Positions 45,301-51,531 of a stretch of DNA of 64,000 nt are shown in pieces. The notes beneath the pieces were generated by a model. It was not told the origin of the DNA. It worked only from the letters and a program-made list of their open reading frames with translations, and did no database searches. Position numbers and translations under genes: made by a program. Positions within the stretch are counted from its first letter, which is position 1. The number at the start of each line of letters is the position of its first letter. Source of the stretch: Nemertoderma westbladi (lineage: Eukaryota; Animalia; Xenacoelomorpha). Where the stretch lies: contig JAUCBJ010007943.1 in NCBI GenBank assembly GCA_032718475.1, positions 1-64,000 of the forward strand, given 5' to 3'.

Positions 45301-48300
45301 GTTATTTCCCCTTGTTATTTCCCATTGTTATTTCCCTTTGTTATTCCCCTTTTTTCATTGTTATCCCTTTGTTATTTCCCATTGTTATTTCCCTTTGTTA
45401 TTTCCCATTGTTATTTCCCCTTGTTATTTCCCATTGTTATTTCCCTTTGTTATTCCCCTTTTTTCATTGTTATTTCCCCTTGTTATTTCCCTTCGTTATT
45501 TCCCATTTTTTATTGTTATTTCCCCTTGTAATTTCCCTTTGTTATTCCCCTTTTTTCATTGTTATTTCCCCTTGTTATTTCCCATTGTTATTTCCCTTTG
45601 TTATTCCCCTTTTTTCATTGTTATTTCCCCTTGTTATTTCCCTTTGTTATTCACCTTTTTTTATTGTTATTTCCCCTTGTAATTTCCCTTTGTTATTCCC
45701 CTTTGTTATTTCCCCTTGTTATTTCCCATTGTTATTTCCCTTTGTTATTCCCCTTTTTTCATTGTTATTTCCCTTTGTTATTTCCGATTGTTATTTCCCT
45801 TTGTTATTTCCCTTTGTTATTTCCCTTTGTTATTTCCCATTGTTATTTCCAATTATTATTTCCCATTGTTATTTCCCATTGTTATTTCCCATTGTTATTT
45901 CCCTTTGTTATTTCCGATTGTTATTTCCCTTTGTTATTTCCCTTTGTTATTTCCCTTTGTTATTTCCCATTGTTATTTCCAATTATTATTTCCCATTGTT
46001 ATTTCCCATTGTTATTTCCCATTGTTATTTCCCTTTGTTATTTCCAATTGTTATTTCCCATTGTTATTTCCCATTGTTATTTCCCTTTGTTATTCACTTT
46101 TTTTTATTGTTATTTCCCCTTGTAATTTCCCTTTGTTATTCCAATTTTTTCATTGTTATTTCCCCTTGTTATTTCCCATTGTTATTTCCCTTTGTTATTC
46201 CCCTTTTTTCATTGTTATTTCCCCTTGTTATTTCCCATTGTTATTTCCCTTTGTTATTCCCCTTTTTTTATTGTTATTTCCCCTTGTAATTTCCCTTTGT
46301 TATTCCCCTTTTTTCATTGTTATTTCCCCTTGTTATTTCCCATTGTTATTTCCCTTTGTTATTCCCCTTTTTTCATTGTTATTTCCCTTCGTTATTTCCC
46401 TTTTTTTATTGTTATTTCCCCTTGTAATTTCCCTTTGTTATTCCCCTTTTTTCATTGTTATTTCCCCTTGTTATTTCCCATTGTTATTTCCCTTTGTTAT
46501 TCCCCTTTTTCATTGTTATTTCCCCTTGTTATTTCCCTTTGTTATTCACCTTTTTTTATTGTTATTTCCCCTTGTAATTTCCCTTTGTTATTCCCCTTGT
46601 TATTTCCCATTGTTATTTCCCTTTGTTATTCCCCTTTTTTCATTGTTATCCCCTTGTTATTTCCCATTGTTATTTCCCTTTGTTATTCCCCTTTTTTTAT
46701 TGTTATTTCCCCTTGTAATTTCCCTTTGTTATTCCCCTTTTTTCATTGTTATTTCCCCTTGTTATTTCCCATTGTTATTTCCCTTTGTTATTCCCCTTTT
46801 TTTATTGTTATTTCCCCTTGTAATTTCCCTTTGTTATTCCCCTTTTTTCATTGTTATTTCCCCTTGTTATTTCCCATTGTTATTTCCCTTTGTTATTCCC
46901 CTTTTTTCATTGTTATTTCCCCTTGTTATTTCCCATTGTTATTTCCCTTTGTTATTCCCCTTTTTTCATTGTTATTTCCCCTTGTTATTTCCGATTGTTA
47001 TTTCCCTTTGTTATTTCCCTTCGTTATTTCCCTTTGTTATTTCCCATTGTTATTTCCAATTGTTATTTCCCATTGTTATTTCCCTTTGTTATTCACCTTT
47101 TTTTATTGTTATTTCCCCTTGTAATTTCCCATTGTTATTTCCCATTGTTATTTCCCATTGTTATTTCCCATCGTTATTTCCGATTGTTATTTCCGATTGT
47201 TTTTTCCCATTGTTATTTCCGATTGTTATATCCCTTCGTTATTTCCCTTCGTTATTTCCCATTGTTATTTCCCTTTGTTATTTCCCATTGTAATTTCCCA
47301 TTGTTATTTCCAATTGTTATTTCCCATTGTTATTTCCCATTGTTATTTCCCTTTGTTATTCCCCTTTTTTCATTGTTATCCCTTTGTTATTTCCCATTGT
47401 TATTTCCCATCGTTATTTCCCTTTGTTATTTCCCATTGTTATTTCCCATCGTTATTTCCCATTGTTATTTCCCTTTGTTATTTCCCATTGTTATTTCCCT
47501 TTGTTATTTCCCCTTGTTATATCCCTTCGTTATTTCCCATTGTTATTTCCCATCGTTATTTCCCATTGTTATTTCCCTTTGTTATTTCCCATTGTTATTC
47601 ACCTTTGTTATTTTCTTCTCATTTCATCTATCACTTTCTTCACTTATCTGTTTCTTACCAAGGCGATAGAATCTTAATTAGAGGATTATATTATATTGTC
47701 GCAATAATAATTATATTCATATTACTTAAAATATTACTGTTGAAATTATAACACGATTTGATTTGGCAATTTATTTGATTTTATATTCATTTATTAACGT
47801 TAAAATTGATACCAATGTTAGTAAGAATGAAAAAATAAATACGAGATATTTGAGAAAGCCCCACATTTGGGAGACATCTAACCCATTCCATTTTATTAAT
47901 TCACATCGTCTAGCTGTTCTGCTTTATCTTACTATTGCATGTTCTTACTCTGCACATGGCCTATTTAAGTAGGCCATGCTGTGCATAATTTCACTTAACA
48001 TTTCACCGTAACCTACACGTTTGTATTCATTGCATGACTAGTGGCTGGCTACATTGCATGTTTATTTGTATAGACTCTGCGACTGACTTGAGATTGGATA
48101 TCATACCGCTAGATGGCACTACTGCTTTCCCTCAGCCCATTGACCTATCAGGATACAGTGTCCTGGGAGCTGCCGGTCCCCGGAGCCAACCCAGACACCC
48201 TAGTGGCATAGAAGGTAGGTGTCTGCTTCCGCATTGGCTCTCCTCTGTAACATATCACAATTTTACGTATTTATGTGTGTATCCCCGAAGAGGATATGAT

Positions 48301-50313
48301 ATCCTCCTTATTTCTATTTAGCGTAGGTCTGAACATATTCGCTAAATACAACAACTAGTATTTCATGTCCTTTCAGGGGATTTGTATTTATGTAAACAAA
48401 ATTATGTCGCCTTTAAACCTTCATCCTACATTATAAAACAAATATTTTCCTACATTGTAAAACTAATATTTTCTATTATTATTCTAGAACCGGCGACAGA
48501 TTGGTCTCACCGCAGTCCCCCCATATGCAACCTAGCCGATCTCTTACCTCCTCCCCCCACCGAGGCCCCCCCACCTCCCACTGACTCTGAGCTCCCTAGA
48601 ACCCCCCCTCCAGACTCCCCCCGCCTTAGACACCACCCTCCACGGATGGGTGTCTCTTCTAGACAACCGCGGGACTTCGCAACACCTATTGAGGTAAAGA
48701 TTATATTACTTTTTCCCATACAGATCAAACAATTCTAAATAGGGCTAAAAGTAAAATTTTTGTATTCCTTTATTTTTCCTGTATGAAAGTGATATAGGGG
48801 GTAGTAGAGATAAATAATGATCTATTAGATAAGGAATCCGATTGGCCTTGTCATACAATAAATTTTTTTTTTGTTTTTTGCTGTTATAAATAATTTTTTC
48901 GTGTGTATGTGTTTGATGGGTCAGTTTCTTAAACAAGAAAAAACATGAATCGACGAGGATGGGATTCGAACCCACGCGGGAAGATCCCATTGGATTAGCA
49001 GTCCAACGCCTTAACCACTCGGCCACCTCGTCGTGAAGGCGGTTCCCTTAAATTATTATACAAAGCTGATGTTAACCCCGAAACACCTTGTCGAATTGGT
49101 TTCCTGGTTCTTAACTGAATCATAATTTTACTAATAACAGTATAAAACATTATTTTCTTTTCAATAGCCCAAGCTTTATTTATGTATAGTGAATTTATAT
49201 TCAGAATTTATTTTATATCTTTTGTTTCCATGGTTTCAGGTATCGATTCCCCCACAAATCGCTACGGTACATCCCCAACGCCATTCAGCCTCATCCCAGT
49301 CGCTCCGAGCAACGCCACCTAACGGACAGATTCCACAGGGAATTAGAGCCACGCCACCTGGCGGACACGCGACGAATTCGTTGAGAGCAACGCCCCCGAG
49401 AGGAATCGGAGCGCAATCTAGCGGCAGCAGTCCGCACACCGTAGGCTCCAGCAATGGCGGCGGGTACCTCCTCCACTACCCAGCCAATGGCGCGTCTCCC
49501 AGACTGATAAACGCGAGCCCATTGGTCGGCAACCCCGAGTTCCGATATCCGCCACACCACGGCGCCGCATCGCCCACCCAGCCAATCAGCGGCGCACATT
49601 GGACTGCGAATCCAGCCTTCCGTGACGCCGCGCTCCCAGGGCCGCCGCTAGGGGGCGCTTCTTCTCGATGTATCCCTGGTTGCCATGACGATGGCGCAGG
49701 AACAGACTCGCCGGTCTCGGTTCCCGATCCCTCGAGTTTCTTCGCTAGCAACGAACTGTTGCTAGGCAACGGTGTCAGTTACGATGACCTCGCCGAGAGT
49801 GTAGGAGGTTCGTCTGCGTATAAATATGTTTTATTTTATTTAAATACGTTTTATTTTTTTACTTTTTTAACAGACCGAAAATATTTATAATATTTTTATA
49901 TTTGCGCTGATATCTCTACCTACTGTATAAAAAGATATGAGCTAATCTAAATAAATAAGCATAGCAACTGAACATATTTTTTGTATTCATTTTATGTTTA
50001 ATTTTTTTCCATTTTTCTTAAAACTTAGAGATTTTAACAGTCAGTATTACTTATCTATACACAAAATATTCGCTTACGTTAATAAATTAAAATATTATTT
50101 ATTTTACTTTTAGATTCGATGGTTGGGTCGTGTTCGGCGTCTATAGGAAGTCACAGAGAATCCATGTCTGGTTCACAGAGTTCGCTGCTCACAGATGCTG
50201 AGTTTACCCAGGCCAGAACCATGGCAACGCTCTCAGCCACACGAGAAGTTGCCGGGCAACCGTCTCTAACGATAAACCCACTCAGCCAAACTCTAGCCAT
50301 CTCGATGGAGTAG
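292..50313 (+). CDS. robo: Roundabout (Robo) family receptor, 23 coding exons, 4383 nt CDS (~1460 aa): SP-5xIg-3xFN3-TM-CC0-CC1-CC2
   Basis: Exons 292-385, 18752-18880, 19001-19180, 25462-25622, 30376-30499, 32458-32599, 33456-33615, 34319-34426, 34674-34930, 36029-36163, 36785-37132, 38422-38664, 38850-39004, 39289-39582, 39742-39895, 40110-40228, 40386-40494, 40705-40964, 41282-41377, 48074-48214, 48488-48693, 49240-49807, 50114-50313. All introns are GT-AG and the phases chain into one open frame ending at TAG. Robo-like motifs: Ig2 DFRTEP...CTPPRGIP, PPIIEVGPANHT, TM QPWFIAILGSVLWCILLALSVWIY, AYAATDL (CC1), NLADLLPPPP (CC2), LTDAEFTQA. Confidence 0.93.
700..1325. repeat. 41-bp minisatellite, ~15 copies (CGGYCTGGTTGAGCAGACA...AGTTCAGAARTATTTC)
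   Basis: GGTTGAGCAG recurs at 728, 770, 811, 852 and onward. Confidence 0.95.
1358..1547. mobile_element. Small MITE-like element with 14-bp inverted termini
   Basis: TATTGACCGGACCC vs GGGTCCGGTCAGTA (13/14 inverted match). Interior carries the dispersed GTTTATTGTTTTGGTT / CTGTAACCTGCTCC motifs. Confidence 0.55.
2145..2346. mobile_element. MITE-like element with 19-bp inverted repeat
   Basis: AAGAATACCAGGTTTTCAC vs GTGAAATCCTGGTATTCTT (18/19). A related degenerate copy lies at ~8865-9090. Confidence 0.5.
7103..7820. mobile_element. Foldback-type MITE with ~240-bp TIRs, TA TSD (Tc1/mariner-pogo-like termini)
   Basis: TA|CGGTGGTGATTTCCGGCC...GGCCGGAAATCACCACCG|TA. Arms 7103-~7343 and ~7578-7820 are nearly identical in inverted orientation, each with ~23-bp tandem subrepeats. 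Confidence 0.9.
12860..13045 (+). pseudogene. Degenerate PIF/Harbinger-like transposase N-terminal fragment
   Basis: Two overlapping frames give RYWVNPI and EKFKNYIRM..TLDKL, resembling the WVHPI...F.NYFRM..TFD.L pattern of Harbinger transposases. Recognised from memory; no DDE core seen. Confidence 0.45.
14095..14345. repeat. 18-bp minisatellite (GGAAGTACAGTCTGAAAC), degenerate
   Basis: Direct inspection; QTVLPF periodicity in the minus-strand ORF. Confidence 0.9.
17940..18685. mobile_element. Old MITE/foldback element with ~150-180-bp imperfect TIRs just upstream of robo exon 2
   Basis: GGAAAGGAGCAGGTTACAGTGGCACGTTATTTT...AAAACAATAAACTAA...GTAATCAGCTGT at ~17975-18120 is mirrored at ~18500-18645. 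Confidence 0.75.
18752..18880 (+). CDS. robo: robo exon 2, Ig1 N-half (YKPRITTQPQSVDIAEGDPFTLYCRATGSPMPTLHWLKN)
   Basis: Poly-T AG acceptor, GTGAGT donor, I-set Cys/Trp pattern. Confidence 0.92.
19001..19180 (+). CDS. robo: robo exon 3, Ig1 C-half (DDGVYQCVAANSAG)
   Basis: DxGxYxC motif; ttctatag acceptor, GTGAGT donor. Confidence 0.93.
20963..22012. mobile_element. Non-autonomous hAT-type DNA transposon with internal 35-bp tandem array
   Basis: 8-bp TSD GCCAGGCA (20955-20962 and 22013-22020). Imperfect TIR CATAGCCTC...CACTGGGCGGCAC / GTGCCGCCCAGTG...GAGGCTATG. Confidence 0.88.
21140..21920. repeat. 35-bp minisatellite (AGTTAGTTTAACCGCTGTCCTAACCTTTGTTCMTC), ~20 copies
   Basis: Unit starts at 21476, 21511, 21546 and onward. 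Confidence 0.93.
25462..25622 (+). CDS. robo: robo exon 4, Ig2 N-half (LDFRTEPSQV...CTPPRGIPPPSVHWEKD)
   Basis: Robo-type CxPPRG motif; AG/GT boundaries in phase. Confidence 0.93.
26750..28670. mobile_element. Helentron-associated (HINE/DINE-1-like) non-autonomous element
   Basis: Short subterminal inverted motifs GTGGGGC/GCCCCAC and CACGAAGT/ACTTCGTG, a (GTC)n microsatellite at 26829-26880, then central tandem repeats. An inverted fragment of the same family lies at ~19355-19445. Confidence 0.6.
26866..28195. repeat. 315-bp tandem repeat, ~4.2 near-identical copies
   Basis: Unit starts at 26866, 27181, 27496, 27811, 28126. Confidence 0.97.
30376..30499 (+). CDS. robo: robo exon 5, Ig2 C-half (GGNLVL...SDAGSYICIAQN)
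   Basis: tttcag acceptor, GTAAAT donor, DxGxYxC motif. Confidence 0.93.
32458..32599 (+). CDS. robo: robo exon 6, Ig3 N-half (FNCEAKGDPNPTITWEKEDG)
   Basis: Ig Cys/Trp pattern, phase 1 to 2. Confidence 0.93.
32950..33446. repeat. 33-bp minisatellite, 15 copies (AGAACTGTACTACTGACTAACTATTATATAAAC), abutting the exon 7 acceptor
   Basis: AGAACTG recurs from 32957 to 33419 at 33-bp spacing. Confidence 0.97.
33456..33615 (+). CDS. robo: robo exon 7, Ig3 C-half / Ig4 start (SDSGRYKCVASN...PIFNERPTDQ)
   Basis: Not translated in this frame in the ORF track; hand-translated. cttag acceptor, GTACG donor. Confidence 0.92.
34319..34426 (+). CDS. robo: robo exon 8, Ig4 (IQFDCKSDGHSIFWKIK)
   Basis: ccccacag acceptor, GTAAGT donor. 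Confidence 0.9.
34516..34608. mobile_element. Tiny TTAA-flanked element with Kolobok-like termini
   Basis: TTAA|AGGAGT...ACTCCT|TTAA in robo intron 8. Confidence 0.45.
34674..34930 (+). CDS. robo: robo exon 9, Ig4 C-half / Ig5 start (DRGYYVCQ...PPIIEVGPANHT)
   Basis: Robo Ig4-Ig5 linker motif; GTGAGT donor. Confidence 0.93.
36029..36163 (+). CDS. robo: robo exon 10, Ig5 (WDKDG...SGTLQISKLQPEDSGVYTCIAT)
   Basis: Hand-translated; poly-T AG acceptor, GTAAGC donor. Confidence 0.93.
36785..37132 (+). CDS. robo: robo exon 11, Ig5 end and FN3-1 (SGETQWSAQL...GLEPEVTYEFVVRAVN)
   Basis: FN3 W...LxPxxxY pattern; GTAAGT donor. Confidence 0.93.
38422..38664 (+). CDS. robo: robo exon 12, FN3-2 N-part (NSTALRLNW...YVEGFFIKF)
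   Basis: ttccag acceptor, GTAAGT donor, phase 2-2. Confidence 0.9.
38850..39004 (+). CDS. robo: robo exon 13, FN3-2 C-part (GLNKFTSYQLHIQAFY)
   Basis: FN3 motif; in-phase splice sites. Confidence 0.9.
39289..39582 (+). CDS. robo: robo exon 14, FN3-3 (VPSAPPRDV...WLPPP...NGRLQGY)
   Basis: Classic FN3 motif; GTAAGT donor. Confidence 0.93.
39742..39895 (+). CDS. robo: robo exon 15, transmembrane helix and basic stop-transfer sequence
   Basis: QPWFIAILGSVLWCILLALSVWIYCRHRRRKRK resembles the Robo1 TM region. Confidence 0.92.
40110..40228 (+). CDS. robo: robo exon 16, cytoplasmic Gly-rich segment
   Basis: In-phase AG/GT sites, open frame YRDVAGTDYELARLGG. Confidence 0.8.
40386..40494 (+). CDS. 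robo: robo exon 17, cytoplasmic
   Basis: ttcag acceptor, GTAAGT donor; phase 1 to 2 bridges the neighbouring exons. Confidence 0.8.
40705..40964 (+). CDS. robo: robo exon 18, CC0 (EYSEID) and CC1 (AAYAATDLL)
   Basis: Resembles Robo CC0 (YxEVD) and CC1 (PYATTxL); GTGAGT donor. Confidence 0.88.
41282..41377 (+). CDS. robo: robo exon 19, cytoplasmic (96 nt, symmetric phase 1-1)
   Basis: Open frame QDDSSTTTNPIYRRSS..., CAG|GTAGG donor. Confidence 0.7.
41411..47612. repeat. ~6.2-kb satellite, 13-bp unit TTGTTATTTCCC[A/C/T], with higher-order blocks
   Basis: Direct inspection; fills robo intron 19. Confidence 0.98.
48074..48214 (+). CDS. robo: robo exon 20, cytoplasmic (141 nt, phase 1-1)
   Basis: tatag acceptor, G|GTAGGT donor, open frame. 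Confidence 0.75.
48488..48693 (+). CDS. robo: robo exon 21, CC2 (NLADLLPPPPTEAPPP)
   Basis: Matches the Robo CC2 Ena/VASP-binding LPPPP motif. Confidence 0.9.
48951..49032 (-). tRNA. tRNA-Ser(GCT): tRNA-Ser (anticodon GCT), intronic and antisense to robo
   Basis: Reverse complement GACGAGGTGGCCGAGTGGTTAAGGCGTTGGACTGCTAATCCAATGGGATCTTCCCGCGTGGGTTCGAATCCCATCCTCGTCG. Acceptor stem, A/B boxes and long variable arm intact; T6 Pol III terminator at 48938-48943. Confidence 0.96.
49240..49807 (+). CDS. robo: robo exon 22, Pro/Gly/Ser-rich cytoplasmic segment
   Basis: tttcag acceptor; GC-rich open frame. Donor G|GTTCGT was inferred from phase with exon 23. Confidence 0.8.
50114..50313 (+). CDS. robo: robo terminal coding exon (SSLLTDAEFTQA..., stop TAG)
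   Basis: Resembles the vertebrate Robo GSFFTDADFAQA motif; ttttag acceptor. Confidence 0.85.
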
Positions 50314-51531
50314 TTTATGTTATACAGGACAACTTAGTTGGACTGAAAGGATATGGTGCTTTATTAAATGTTCTAAAATAATATTTCTCTTCTTTATTTA
50401 AAATAAGTTAAGTGGCGGTAATATTTTCGAATATTTTTTTTGTAGAGGAATTTACTACAGGTAGCCTACAGTAGATTTTGTAAGAATTAAACGTTAATTT
50501 ATTGATAGAATACGATATTTATGTAACTTTATTTATGTAGATAATATTTCCCTTGTATAATTGACATTTTATCACATTAACTATATAGATTAGTAGAAGG
50601 ACAACTACTGTATGTACAGTTGTCATAAACATATTATAGTTGTCCTTGGTTTAGTGTAATTTTACAGTTGTGTTTAGTTGCGATAATTAATATAAATACG
50701 GCTTATTTTGGATATTAATGGTGGTATTGTGTTCACTGACTCCGTAAATTACCGCTACCACGACCTGCTAAAGATATATTTAGTAAGTCATGCCGCTACT
50801 TAATGTTAACAATTAGAATTCATTTTTTATTTTAGTTATATTACATGGTATTTAATTTAATTATGTTCTATAAATATGGTTTGTGTAAATTAATTTCGAT
50901 GTTAATATCATTGTATTAATTAATGCATTAAATTAATTTAACAAATGGTTAGTTTTTGTAATTATAGGTGTACTCAGAAACAGAGGGGAGAACTTGTCTT
51001 GGCGAATTAAAAATGTTTATTTAATATCGATTAATGGGGATAAGCAGGATACAGGGCAACGACTTCCTAACCAAAACAATAAACCAAAGTAATCAATAGC
51101 ACAAGTTACAGTTTCATTTTTCATATAATCAGCTGTAATTTGGGTCGAATTTGGATGAATTTTTAATGCGTCAACATACCCCTATCTGGAGTATCAGAGT
51201 AACAGATGATAATATGACATGTAAACACAGCAAGCGTTGTGCATTGACTTCCTGTTAATGTAATTTATCCTGTTAGGACTCCCGGTCAAATTATTTCCAG
51301 AGAAACGTTTGGTCATGTGTCATCAGGTCCCATAAGGTGTCCGTTTGGTCCCGTCTCAGCAGGTCCCATAAGGTGTCCGTTTGGTCCCGTCTCAGCAGGT
51401 CCCATAAGGTGTCCGTTAGGTTCCGTCTCAGCAGGTCCCATAAGGTATACGTTTGGTTCCGTCCCAGCAGGTCCCAGGTGTCCGTTAGGTTCCGTCTCAA
51501 CAGGTCCCATAAGGTGTATGTTTGGTCCCGT

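Noticed and set aside
41336-47751. Many long F/P/L/I/C-rich ORFs (up to 710 aa)
   Set aside because: Artefacts of a stop-poor 13-bp satellite inside an intron; open in all three frames.
34282-49769. Antisense or alternate-frame ORFs overlapping robo exons (e.g. 34620-34862, 39294-39581, 49291-49769)
   Set aside because: Shadows of GC-rich coding exons.
50314-50960. robo polyadenylation signal
   Set aside because: Only variant hexamers (ATTAAA, TATAAA) in very AT-rich sequence; cannot be assigned.
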